From positions 15,118,597 through 15,182,596 of the forward strand of contig NC_057751.1 of the NCBI RefSeq assembly GCF_004010195.1: a DNA stretch of 64,000 nt, written 5' to 3'. The position numbers and the translations under genes are program-made. A model generated the notes under the pieces. That model was not told the DNA's origin. It worked only from the letters and a program-made list of their open reading frames with translations, and searched no databases. Each line of letters opens with the position of its first letter. Within the stretch, counting starts at the first letter, position 1. The stretch comes from Chiloscyllium plagiosum. Lineage: Eukaryota. Below, one piece after another: positions 49,429-62,385 of this stretch.

Positions 49429-51008
49429 GTTGTGTTTTGTCTAACTATCAGAATTATGACAGAAGGGTGACTCAAGGATTGACTGAGACCATTGCAAGAA
49501 AGGCATGCTTTTATTAAAACCATTCAGGCTATAAATCAAAAATAGGTAACCTTTAATGGTCTCTTTACATTGTCCATCAAACTGTGAACTCAGAATTCCA
49601 TGCTTAAAGAATTGTTGCTTTTGAAACTGAGCCAAGCATTCGTAATGACATATTGATAGTCTTTGGGGAAATATCAGACAACTGTATAAACCTGCGCTAC
49701 CAGCTGCTGTTACTTTCATCTCGACTATCAGTCCAAACAGTCCACTGCAAAGGTGTTTTCGAAACTCTTTCACTGACAGCCACCGCATATTTTTTCTTAA
49801 AATTTGAAGAGCAGGGCATTAAAAAACAATTTCAGATCAAGTCTGTAGACAAACCGTATCTGCCCTTGAAGTATGTTTACATCTACTCCAGCACTTTGTA
49901 TTTCCTACAAAGTGAAGATCTGAAGAAGAATTATGTTGGACTCAAAACGTTATCTCTATTTCTTCACAGATGCTGCCAGACCTACTGAGTTTGTCTGCCA
50001 TTTTCTAGGTTAATTTTCAGATCTACAGCATCTGCAAAGCTTCGCTTTTTACCCAGTTCAAATGACCTGCTCAATTTGTGTTTCCGACTTGTGTGAATCA
50101 CACCCTACTTTCCAACTGTATGAAAATCTGACTGACCAGTCTACCTTTCATCAGCGTGGTTCATCTGGTCATTGATATTTTTCAATCAATTTGTAACTCT
50201 CATCTGGAGCAGGTGGAACTTGAACCGAGGCCTCCTGGCTCAGAGGTTGGGACCTAACCAGTACACCATTAGAGACCTCTAGTCTGGTGATTGTTTACAG
50301 GTGGAAATATTTTGCACCTTTTTCTGGTTCAAACACCTAGGCTTCCCTTTAACCTTTAACTACAAAGCCACTGAAATTTTTTGAGGAGCTGAATTCACAA
50401 CAGGTCATGTGATCCTTTTCATCTCTCCATTTTATGAGAGAGAGTGTGCCGAAATGTAAGAATATTACAAATCTCATTTGTGTCACAGGGCATATTCACA
50501 ACATGGTCACTGGTTTCAGTTTTGTTTACTTACCCAAAAAGAACTGAGCTAATTCATGAAATTATGTTAAACATCTCAGACTTCTATATCTGACACCGAA
50601 TTTCACAGATATGTCAGAAAAAAAGTGTCACATGCCAGCAGTTTGCAAGTGTTCAACAGAATGAGAAAGAGCAGGCAGAGTAAAGAAATTGTTTCCAGTA
50701 TTGACTTCAAAATGAGCAGAAAGTGAGAGTTAAATGTTTGACTATGCATTTATTGCTGATGTTAAGCCATTGGACTTTAGATGGTCGCCCAGAAGACTGC
50801 AATTGTGAAAAGGTAGATTTGAGAGATTTTTGTAAATTTGGAAAGGCAGAAGGGATGAAAAAAAACAAATAATCAGCTATGAAGACACACTGTTCCTGCC
50901 TGGTACTTAAGGGGGTAGTTTCCTTGACCCAAAAAAGTTATAGAATCATCATTATTCCTTAATTCAAATAAATCTTGCTGTGAACGCTTTAAACCTATTT
51001 GGCTGTAC

Positions 51009-51145
51009 TGTGGTCAGAAGTCGCATGACACCAGGTTATCGTCCAACAGGTTGTGATTTCAAATAAACCGATTGGACTATAACCTGATATTGTGTGACTA
51101 GTGACTTTGTCCGTCCCAGTCCAACACCAGCACCTCCATGTCATT
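51009..51145. mobile_element. Short fold-back mini-element (family B variant) with the centre deleted
   Basis: acaccaggttatcgtccaacagg...ttggactataacctgatattgtgtg plus tail cccagtccaacaccagcacctcc; gctgtac occurs on both flanks (51002-51008 and 51146-51152). Confidence 0.7.
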
Positions 51146-51560
51146 GCTGTACCAAGTTATGTTTTTGATTACGGCGTAAACATTTTGAAGCAGGGAGTAA
51201 GTTTTAGAGTGGTCATGTTGGTACCATTTTGCTATGACTAATGTCATTGCAGTGAGTCAAGATCATGCTGGAATTTCATCTTCATGTAGAAGAAGACAAA
51301 TCAATTCCTGGTCAACCACTTTATCAATGTAACATTAGAGTTGAGCTTCCAATTTTGCACTGATGACAGGTTATCATGGCTGTCTTCAATCTCACGTGTG
51401 AGGTTTTCAGATTAATGTACAACATAAAAGAACTATTTGAAAAGAAAATTAAAGAAGTTAGTGTTTCACATCCACTATAAAGCTTAAGCATTTCCAGAAC
51501 CTTGGCATTAGACTTACATCAGATTTTAATTGGCTCAAAGAATCTTAATGGTAACAGCCA

Positions 51561-51949
51561 GATCCTGATCGCCTTAAATGAGATGTTATTTTTGTCGCAA
51601 ACGGATGCTCCAATAATTTTTGCTGTTCTTTTTAATGCTGATTTAAAAGTAAAAACTTGAAATAATCTCATCTTGCTTGCTTGTTATTTTTGGCTCTCCT
51701 CTTCTCTGATCCTGATCTGTCTGAGTTTAGACTTGGGTCCTGCATCCTTGTAATGAACCCTTAGTATAAGCCATGCCTCAGCAACCCTGAAATAATCACG
51801 GATGATGCCTAGAGAAGAGGAAGCCAAACAAAACAAGCAAGCAAGATTAGGAGATTATTTCAGGTCTTTACTTTTAAATCAGCATTAAAAAGAACAGCAA
51901 AAAACTATTTGAGCATCCATTTGCTACAAAAATAACATCTATTTAAAGC
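51561..51949. repeat. Local inverted duplication (arms 51571-51707 and 51811-51949); left arm flanked by a 10 bp direct repeat
   Basis: tttgctgttctttttaatgctgatttaaaagtaaa is the reverse complement of tttacttttaaatcagcattaaaaagaacagcaaa; gatcctgatc at 51561-51570 and 51708-51717. Confidence 0.9.
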
Positions 51950-54890
51950 AGTAACCCAGAAGATTGTAATCTTTGTGCCAAAGATTGGAAGCAGAATCGC
52001 AAAGAAGTATGGACTTCTTGGACTGCAGATCCATGCTGCGCTGTGTCCAGACTTTGCAGCTTTATTCACCCATGATTGATGTGTCAGGTATTCCAGAGCT
52101 TTGTCTTCTCTGAAACACAGTTTTGAGAAAGTATTTCTTTCTTTGCTCATAGCTTTTTGGTTTCAACAAAAATAAAAACATTGCGTTCATAACTGCTCAC
52201 TAATTTATTATTGCCTTCAATCAAAAAACTTTTCTGGTTAGATAAACAAGGTAGTTGCGAAAAGGGATTTCAGCACCTTGATTATAAAGATACCAGATTG
52301 TTTTCAAAGCATTGGATGTTTTAACTGTCTATGCACTCAACGTGAATAAAGCCCATAAATAAGTTGTTTTTGTTGATATTTTTAGACTTTTTTTTAAACA
52401 TCTTATAACAATTAAAATATTTCAGAGTTGAGTGAAGAGCTCTGACACTTACTAATCATGGCATAGGCAATGGTAATCTTGAACTTAATTCAAGAAGTGG
52501 AAATCTTTTTAATATTCACGCATTATCCCATTTGCTTCCTCGTGGCGGGAAACTAATATTGTGTTGCTCAGCAGTTAAAATTACAGTTTGCCACTAATTG
52601 GCCAATAATGTGAAAGAGTGTTCCCTGAAGGGATTCCAAAGGATTGCAGGTGTTGTATTAAATAATGTTAAAACATCAATAAACTTGTTAACTAATTTAT
52701 GTCATGTTTTAACAAAATGTAATATATTCATGTACATAACTTAAGAAATTTCAACCGACCTTGCAGGTAACTGAGTAAAAATATCACTGCCTTTGTATGA
52801 AAATTATTTCCATTGGTTTCTGTAACTTCTTAAATGATGACATTGAAACTGAATTTCCGAACTGGTATTGCCATATTTTGCCAGCATATGATGCAAGATA
52901 CTAAGCATTGCCTCATCTAATCATGGTTTCTTATTTTACCTCATTCTATATGTCTCCAGTAGATCCAGATGTCTTTGTGTCACAATGTTTTGTCTCCATT
53001 TGTTAGAGTGTAGTATTGCATCTCTCACTTTTCTTATCTTCGATCTGGATCCTTAGTACATTGACCTAGACACTCCTCATCCAACCTTCATTCCCACTTA
53101 TCACCATCTCTTATCCAACACATAGTTACCATAAAGTCAATGGTAGATAAGGAATGTAGGGTAGATAAGGAAACTTTTCCGAACAGAAAGACCTTTTGAG
53201 GCTGATTGTCTACTGCAAAGACAAATTGAAGAAGTTGGAACAGAAGATGGCTGAGAGGCAGTTTGATAGAGCTTTTCAATGTCATGAGTGAGCTGATGGG
53301 GAAAAGAAGCAAGGGTAACATATAAACAATGTTTTCACTTCGCAAAAGTTAGGAAATAGGCTGCACTGCCTGGAGGTGTGTTGGAGGCAAGTTCAAGAGA
53401 CATTCAAGAAGGCCTTTCATGATTATTTGGATTTAAATGGTGTGTTGGGATATGAGGAAAAGACAGGATTGATAATGATAGTAATTACTTGCTAATGATG
53501 CTCATTTTAAAAAATGGTGCAGGCACAGTGGGCCAAATGGTCACCTTTTATGTCACAGCAATTTTGTGAATGATTTACTCTGTTCTTCTACTTTACCCAA
53601 CTTCTGAATTGTCTGGCACAGAAACCTGCAGGAGCAGAGTGCATTTTTGTGATCTTGATTTCCCAGCCATCCTGACTAACTCACGAGCATGATTTTCTCT
53701 CGAATTCTGCATCTGGAGGACTGAATCTTAAAATTTACTCCACATCCTTGTGAATAGCTGATCCTCTCCATGAAATTCAAAGCAAATAATGGAAGTGTTT
53801 TGTTCTGTCTTCAGTTTACTTTTTTTAAATGTTGTTTTCTTACCTTCCTTACTTACCAGGACTTGTCAAAGATGCTGGCTCAGCTTGGGGCACTTAGCCA
53901 TGTGATCATATCAGTTGTGCTTAAATATTGCTTGAATGCAAGAACAAGAAGCAAGAATAAGCCTCTCGGCCCTTCGAGTCTGCTCTGCTATTCAATAAAA
54001 TCATGGCTAATTGGATTTTAACCTCAACTCTATGTTCCCTCATATCCTTCATAATATTTCAACCCCTTGGTAATAAAGAATCTACAAACCTTTGATTTAA
54101 ACATATTTAAAAATTCTGCAGCCACTGCATATTGAGGGAAAAAAAACTCGTAAGACTCTCAATCCTCTGCAAGAAAAGCATTTCCTCATCTCTATTTTAA
54201 AGGGTTATGGGCAGAAAGCAGGAAAGTGAAGTTGGGAGGTTCTCAGATCCGCCATGGTCTAATTGAATGGTGGAGCAGACTCAGTGAGTTGAGTGACCAA
54301 CTTCTGCAATGTCTTATGGTCTTAATTGAGCAAACTCCTAATTTTAAACTATGGCCTCTAGCTCTAGATTCTCCCTCAAGAGGAAACATCCTTTCAAAAT
54401 TGACCCTGTCAATTCCCTCACAATAAAATATAACATTCTATAAAGCATCCTGATTACTGACTTTATCTGTACACTAACCTTCTGCAGTTCATGAATTAAG
54501 ACACCCAGTCTTCTCTGCATCTCAATTCATCTTGGCACATGTTTCTGCTGGCAACTGAATTGGCGATAGTGTACAATTCTAGTCCTTAAAATGGGCTCAA
54601 AGTACTGTGTCAAAATGAATTAGATGTTCTGTTTGACTCTCTCATGTCATTCAATTGTCAGCCTGTTCCATGACTCCGTGTGAGAGTAATGAATCATACT
54701 TTAGTTGTAATGGAGCAGGGCAGAAGTAAGTGCTGGCTATTGTGATGGGAGGATTGTGAAACACTTTTAAAGGATATAAAAATAATCCATCCAGACTTGG
54801 TTTCCATGAACCATGTAGTTGGGGTCCCGTGTTAAGATTTTGGAACTGCAAGCACTGAGGCAGCAAAGGTTGCTATATAACTTAGACTAA

Positions 54891-55120
54891 AGAGGCAAAA
54901 CGTGTTGTGCTGGAAAAGCACAGCCCCTCAGGCAGCATCCAAGAAGCAGGAGAGTCGACATTTCAAATATAAGCTCTTCAACAGGAATGAAGAGCTGATG
55001 AAGAGCTTATACTTGAAACGTCAACTCTGCTGTTCCTCGGATGCTGCCTGATCAGCTGTACTTTTCCAGCACCGCACGTTTTGACTCTGATCTCCAGCAT
55101 CTGCAGTCCTCATTTTCTCC
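54891..55120. mobile_element. Older fold-back mini-element (family A) with hammerhead core and about 12 bp TSD
   Basis: Diverged inverted arms; CTGATGA-AGAGC..GAAACGTC at 54995-55022; TSD aactt(a/g)gactaa at 54879-54890 and 55121-55132. Confidence 0.8.
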
Positions 55121-55356
55121 AACTTGGACTAAGGACCATGTCAGTGATTGGGTGTTTTTCTAACGGTGAATATGGTGTGACAGAACGATCTTTGAGGCCC
55201 GATGCCTGATGTGAGAAACATCCGTGCAGTTTAAACAATCCCACCCTGCCCCAACCTTTCTCCACCCCAAACTCTTCTCGTTCTCTCCTGCAAAAAGCAT
55301 AATATGTGAACCTGGTCTTATTCTCACCTAATGGTCACAGTTTCCAAAGAGGCTTA

Positions 55357-56105
55357 TAGAGTCACAGAGATGTACAGCACGGAAACAGACCCTTCGGTCC
55401 AACCCGGCCATGCCGACCAGATATCCCAACCTAATCTCGTCCCACTTGCCAGCACCTGGCCCATATCCCTCCAAACCCTTCCTATTCATATACCCATCCA
55501 GATGCCTTTTAAATGCTGTAATTGTACCAGCCTCCACCACTTCTTTTGGCAGCTCATTCCATACACTTATCACTCTCTGCGTGAAAAAGTTGCCCCTTAG
55601 GTCTTTTTTATATCTTTCCCCTCTCACCCTAAACCTCTGCCTTCTAGTTCTGGACACCACTTCTCCAGGGAAAAGACCTCTATTTACCCTATGCACGCCC
55701 TTCATGATTTTAAAAACCTCTATAAGGTCACCCCTCAGCCTCCGACGCTCCAGGGAAAACAACCTCAGCCAATTTAACCTCTCCCCACAGCTCAAATCCT
55801 CCAACCTTGGCAACATCCTTGTAAATCTTTTCTGAACCCTTTCAAGTTTCACAACATCCTTCCAATAGGAAGGAGACCAGAATTGTGCACAGTATTCCAA
55901 AAGTGGCCGAACCAATGTCCTGTACAGCTGCAACATGACCTCCCAACTCCTATACTCAATATTTTGACCAATTACGGAAAGCGTACCAAACGCCTTCTTC
56001 ACTATCCTATCTACCTGTGACTCTACTTTCAAGGAGCAATGAACCTGCACTCCAAGGTCGCTTTGTTCAGCAACACTCCCTAGGACCTTACCATTAAGTG
56101 TATAA
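55357..56105 (-). mobile_element. Young CR1 3' fragment (RT C-terminus still open)
   Basis: ORF 55328-56110 is highly similar to 3020-4048. Confidence 0.92.
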
Positions 56106-56634
56106 TTCACAATAGAAAACGGGGTATTGTACTTTACTGAAAAAGTAAGAAAAGTCGTGCGGATGCTGGAGCACTGAATTTAAAAAATAGTTGCTGGAGA
56201 GGCTTTGCAGGTCTGGCAGCATTTGCGGAGAGATAAGGAGTTAGCATTTCAAGTCCAGTATGACTCTCTTTCAAGTGTTATCTTACGTCTCTCCTCAGCT
56301 GCTGCCAAACCTGCTGATCTTCTTCAGCAATTCTGTTTTTTTCTATAATTTCTAGCCTTGCAGAATCATTTGTAACAGCTTCAATTGTTGCTTTCGCTTG
56401 GATGCACCAGACACTGATCAAATTGGGAATGGAACTGGAGGTGCAGTAGCTGGCTGTTTTTCACATTGAGCAATTAGGAGAGCTGTGTCATATCATTCAG
56501 GTTATTTTTAGGCTGTGATGGAATATCCACAAAACTTCGATTGATTTTAGGCCTTGACAGTTTCCTAGCTGAGAGTTGATTTTGTGACTACGTGTAACTT
56601 CTCAATGAAGGATTGAGGCTGCTAAACTGAGTTA

Positions 56635-57000
56635 GACATAAGACATAGGAGCAGAAATTAGGCCATTTGGCCTATCCAGTCTGCTCCATTCAATCATTAA
56701 TGATTAGTTTTTCAACCCCACTTTCCTGCTTTCTCCCTGTAATCTTTGATCCCCATGGCAATCAAGAGCTTATTTACCACTGTTTTAAATTGGCCTCCAC
56801 AGCCTTCCGTGGCAATGAATCCCACAGATTCATCACTCTCAGGCTGAAGGAAGTTTCTCCTTATCTACGTTCTGAAAGATCTTCCCTTTGCTTTAAGGCT
56901 GTCCCCATGGGTCCTTGACTCTCCCATCAATGGAAACATCTTCCCTACGTCCACTCTGTCCAGGTCATTAAGGATTCTGAAAGTTTCAACCAGATTCCAA
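56635..57000 (-). mobile_element. CR1 3' fragment of the same subfamily as the 35190-35543 end
   Basis: Reverse-complementary to 35190-35540 (ggaaacatcttccc versus gggaagatgtttcc; taagacataggagcagaaattaggcc). Confidence 0.8.
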
Positions 57001-57774
57001 CCCCCCCCTCCTCCTTCTAAATCAAACATCCCCCCTCATCCTATTTCTTGATGAAGAGTGTTTTTTCACTTTTTTGCAATTCTGAAATCATGTCAGGGCA
57101 AAATTCATGGTGATATATTCAAATTAAAATCCTTGGCAGCAAGGATTTATGACTTACTTTTGCCTTGCCCCATGTTACACTGGACTTCTCTTCATCAGCA
57201 GTGTGATGCTGCATATATTTAATAGAAGCTCTTCAAAGAAATGCAACTTCTGTAATCTTGCCTGCTCTTTGACTTACTATCAGTCTTGTGCAAGCAATTC
57301 TTTTTCGATTCAGAATAGTCTCTACTTGCAAGCAGTATATTGACAGATTGAAGATAGCCTGGTGTGTATCAACTGCAGTTTTCTTTCAGTTCTCTTAGAC
57401 TTTTAGATCCCACTATCCCTGCATCCTTGGTGATGTGTCCAGTACCCTTAAGAGTGAGAAGTATTATTGACCTAATTCATCTCAGTTACAATGGTGAATT
57501 GATGGAATTGAAGTTGAAGTCTGTGTCACTTTTTAAGACCTTAAAACCTGGGAACAGAAGTAGGCCATTTCGCCCAGTGAGTCAGCTCTGTCATTCAGTG
57601 AGATCATGGCTGATCTGATAATCCTCAACTCCAATTTCCTGCCTTTTCCCCCAACCCTTGATTCTTTTGCTATTAAAATTCTGTTTACCTCCACCTTGAT
57701 ATTAAAAATGAAAGTGATTGCATTCAGGAAAATTGTGTCAGTATCTTTAATAGCCTACTGTTTGTTAACTGCAG

Positions 57775-57869
57775 GAGTGCCAGGGGAACCCCTGCCAGTG
57801 GAAAGTGAAAAGGACATCTTTGATTACATTGATTGGGAATATCGAGAGCCACAAGAACGAAGTGAGTGA
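57775..57869 (+). CDS. POLB: DNA polymerase beta, last coding exon (exon 14) to the TGA stop
   Basis: Acceptor aactgcag|; 95 bp encoding (G)[30 protein letters not shown], matching the human C-terminus [31 protein letters not shown]. Confidence 0.98.
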
Positions 57870-58107
57870 CTGTCACCTGAGGGTTACCCTAAGAACCTCT
57901 TTACATATGAAATACTCTGAAGTTCTGTCAGAATGAGAATACAATGAGTCCTGATAAATGTAGAACTAGTTGAAACATTCATAAGAATTTCTGAAGTTGC
58001 TTGCTAAAGAACATTGTGTATGCAGATATCGCTGGTATTTTATGCATCAAGTTTGAATGTATTTGTAGAGAAGACCATCTTTCTATAAAGTACTGTGTAG
58101 TAATATC

Positions 58108-58153
58108 AATAAACCACTTTGTAGACTCATTGTCACATTTAATAATGAATAAA
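58108..58153 (+). terminator. Candidate POLB polyadenylation signals (AATAAA at 58108 and 58148)
   Basis: Two AATAAA hexamers about 240-280 nt after the stop codon; more occur further downstream. Which one is used cannot be told from sequence. Confidence 0.5.
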
Positions 58154-61100
58154 AATAGAATATTAAATACACAAAATACACACGATTAATCAATACTGTT
58201 TGTAAAAGTAGCAAAACCAAAGGGCCGCACAGATGTGATCTTAAAGAACACAAGCGACAACAACTTTCACTATTGGATCTTGTTGAAAGTTAGTCTAATT
58301 ATACTGATACTTTCCAAACAATACCCTCTCGTTTGTAAGTACAGTATTCAGGAACTCCTTGGAAAGCCAACAGAAGACTGTACAAATCTGAGTGGCCCAC
58401 ACTTTGCTAACCTTGTATAATATTCAGTATATATTAGATGAAAGCTTCATAAATACTCACTGATCAGTGGCTGTGTATGTTATTCATTGCTTTTATATTT
58501 ATGGCATGCCCACGAACAGAGGGTAACACTGCACTCCAATTAGGTTCTCTCTGGCAATGAGTGCCCCACATGTTGTGAATGCTGTAAGTTGTCTGCAACA
58601 GGTCCTGGGACACAGCTTCCAACTGTTGGTGCAAATGCTGTGCATTTAATTTAACATGTAGTGTGACATCTGTTTTTGTGCAGTGTGCTGTTTCTAAGCT
58701 AAATCATTTATTTTGATCTTTAAAATACAGGAGACATTCACTGCAATGAATAAAAGGTAAAGCAGTTTAGAATAAAAGAAAATTGTTATATGATATTTTT
58801 AGTGCACAATTGCAGACTCATTTTCAGAATATACAACAAGTTTTGATATTTTGTGTGTATTTTGCTGTTGCAATGCAGTCAGCACATGGAACCGATAATT
58901 GAGTTATCAGTGTTGGAGTAAATAAAGGATAAATAGGTAAGTTACTGTTCTATTATCAGAATGAAAAATGATCCTAAGACATGCAATCTCAGATTTATAA
59001 TGTGATAGCAATAAATAAATAAGAGCCGGCACTTTGAATAAAATAAGAACACTTTTGACGACACAATTTTTTTTTTGTTTTGGAGTATCATCAGCTATGT
59101 CATTGGGATTTAAAGCTGAACTGCAGCTTGATCATGAAACAAGCTGAAGTCAGGGTTGCTAAGTCTTGTGAAAAACTGATTTTTTTTTAATTTCTACCAT
59201 AAACTGACCATCGTGATGGTAAACAGTAAAATTCACTTTGACCTCTATGGTGGGGATAGGTCTCAAATTTTTTAAAACTGACATGAATAATTGGCAGCTT
59301 TAAAGTGTGAGTCGAGAATTCCAGTGAACTGCTAAATTATTGGTTAAGTCAGATGTTCTGCTTCAAGTAGTTACTTGTGAACACTTTCTGTAGCATTTGC
59401 CAAACTGATTAGTCATCCAATAATTTGCTAGTATCATGAGAGACTTTCACATTTTATCTCATTTATAAAATATATAGATGGTTATTTATATATATGTCCA
59501 AACTTTCACATCTTTCAGAAATTAATGTGAAAATAATATAAAGAAGAGCGAGCAGGAAATTAGTCCAAGACTTCTTTGGAATTTGGATCAAATTCTATTG
59601 GTGCTAGTCTGAGATGCAGAATTCTGACTTTAGCAAGGTGAAAACTTTAGAAAAAACCTGGTGTATGATGATGAAGTCCTGCCTAATGTGTCAATGGGCA
59701 TGATATTTAAGATGGCAAGCATTTGCTCCAATCTCTGAACAGAACCTAGCATTGCTTAGTGACTGCTGATTTGCTCAGAGACAGGACATCTATTCAGTTC
59801 TGTTTGCTGGGATGGAAGATAAAACATCAACATGATGGTGTCAAATGGCATTTTTGAACAACATCTTGTATTTCAGGTCCTTTATCTGTGCCAGCTATAC
59901 ATTATCATGTAATGTGTATTATAAGCATTTGAAACATAGGTGACATATACTAATTGCCCCCATTGTTATACAATGAACAAAATATTCGGTTATATTGACA
60001 ATGGTGATTCAATCAAGTATTCTTACAGAAGACTGCACCTAATTGATTTTTCAATTTTAGTCAGCATATAGGCCATAAACAATGCAGACTCTGACCCTTA
60101 CATTGATCGTATCAAACAATCAAATCAAGGTATTTTGTCTGTGGAGCCTTTGTTATGCTGCTCAGGGTGCGATCATATTGAAAGATACATTTAACACTGA
60201 GCTTTGCAAGAAAATTGGATTACTCTAAATGTACAAGGTGTGATGGAGCAAAAGGATGTAGACATACTTTTGCCAAATGATAATATTGGGAGTGTGGAGG
60301 GGGTGGATTTCCAAATACAGAATGTGGAGAGTCAGGAAGCTGGTTGCAAAACCTCCCATCTGCATCTTTTATGGCTGGCTGCCTAGTGGAGACTAATATA
60401 AGAACAACCCGAGGAGTACGGAGCAGAACCTCAAAGAGGATTACGAGGAGGCCATCACATTATCTCAGGGATGAAGAATAAAGCTGCAAAAGGTGACAAG
60501 ATTTAAAGTTTGGAATATGGACAAGAGACGAGAATATGAAAAAGAGAAGCTTTCTTGGTGCATTGATCCTAACTGATTTTGTTGTGATGTCAGTCAATGC
60601 TTATCATGGGGTTTCAACGAGTTAATTGTACAAAGTTTGACAATTAGATCTTTAAGTATTTCTGTTGAACATTTAACCTTGATATCATAACAAAACTAGC
60701 GTAAGGTGATTGGTAAGTAGAGAATGACAGTGGAATGCTTCAACAGAGAATGATCCAAAAAAAAGGTTTGAGTCACTTTCAGACCTCTGCACAATCCACA
60801 GTTACACAGCTTTTCCAATTTTAGAGCATTTTCCAAAATAATCCTAAAATAAATTTGTGTTCTTAACATCAGGATAAGCTGATAAGACCAACAGCTTGCT
60901 CTGCTAGCTGTCTTAATTACTGAGGTCTGGGTATACACAGGATTAACCATTTGTTTTCTCCATTTATAGAAGTCTGTAAACTGTGAGATTGAAGAACAAC
61001 ATTCTCTGTAGTAGATAGAAAATTAAGAGCTGCCAGTGCTGCAAATAGGTAACACAGGCGAGTCAAGGTCTGAAAGAGACAGGGTAATTAATGCAGACCT

Positions 61101-61707
61101 CCATCAGTTCTGACATAACTGCACCTGAAACATAAACTCAGCTTTTTCCAGTTCTGATATTGACAGACCTGGATATTTCAATATTCTGAATACTTTTAGT
61201 TTGTCTCAGTTTTAAAAGCCATTTTCTGCTTCTGCACTCCCCAAGTTTGGTGGCCATTCACATTTTGGCCTCATGTCATGATACAAGGCATGTGTCAAGA
61301 ATGGAAGATCATAATGTTGGATTGTCTGGGCAGACATTTTTCTTAATTCAAATATTCATGATATTCAGCTTTCACATAATTGACTGAAATACTGCATTGG
61401 TTTGTTCTGCCATATTTGTTCTCTGTTACTTGTCTTTGAAAATGGGACACCACTGTTGGCCATCAAATACTTGCATCTAATAATACACTTTCAAAAATTC
61501 AGCTAACATCTCTTCCATCACACACACCATGCTACACCTCAAGTGCTTCGCCTAACAGAACAGAAAGTTTTAATACCTTTTTGCACTTTGATGCTCAGGT
61601 TTCAGTATTTTCTGTTTTGATGAGTTAATTTTACTTTAACTCGTTCAATAGCTGATGATGTTAATTTGTGACATAAAGAGTGCGGGTTAGGATTGCTCTC
61701 TCTCTTT

Positions 61708-61961
61708 CTAGACACGTTGACAGACTCGTAGTCGGGAGTTAGGTTGAGATGTGCCTTGGTTTTGATTGCGACAAGCTAAACCTGGGCCACAGTCGCATCG
61801 TTGGAAGATCTCTGGTCCTTGTGGGCCTTCCTTGCGACCACGTTTTGAGCAGACTTGCCCCTCTTTCAGTACAGGCCGACAAATCTTCGACCAGAAGTGG
61901 CGAGCGCAGCATAGGCCAGCAGAACAGTCTGATGTTCGTAAGCATGTCTCTCCTTCTAAAC
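61708..61961 (-). CDS. DKK4: Dickkopf-family Wnt antagonist, last coding exon (cysteine-rich domain 2), most likely DKK4
   Basis: Minus-strand acceptor gtgttgcag|; encodes (G)[83 protein letters not shown] with 10 Cys. [13 protein letters not shown] and RLRVCQ are DKK4-like, and POLB-DKK4 adjacency is the mammalian gene order. Upstream exons were not found in the window. Confidence 0.9.
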
Positions 61962-62338
61962 CTGCAACACAGAGAAAGTAATACTTATTTGTTCTAATGT
62001 CAGTTATTAAATATTTACACCACTCTTCTGCATACAAGAAATTTTCATCTGTTTGCTCACTGCAGTTTTTCTCTGAATATTCATTGAGCCACCGAAGTTG
62101 TCATCTCATTTTGACGTTTAGTTTGAAACTCTCTTTTGAATAATACCCAGGACATCTTGAAAGCCTCTCAACCGATAGTCCCAAAAGTTCACAGTTCCTG
62201 ATATCTTCTGATACCAAATTAAATCTCAATTAATTTCACCTTTATTTTTCTACAGTTTGAGTGTGAATTTCTGATCCTAAGGAAAAGATTTGCTTCAATG
62301 TTCTTTTTTATAAAAAATGTTTTAGATTCTGCTTCATT

Positions 62339-62371
<33 letters not shown>

Positions 62372-62385
62372 AATAATATATATAT
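62339..62385. repeat. (TA)n/(CA)n microsatellite in the DKK4 intron
   Basis: tatatatgtatatatatatatatatacacacataataatatatata. Confidence 0.85.

Noticed and set aside
57095-57115. aaattcatg|gtga resembling the end of POLB exon 11
   Set aside because: It lies downstream of exon 13, and the upstream codons do not match.
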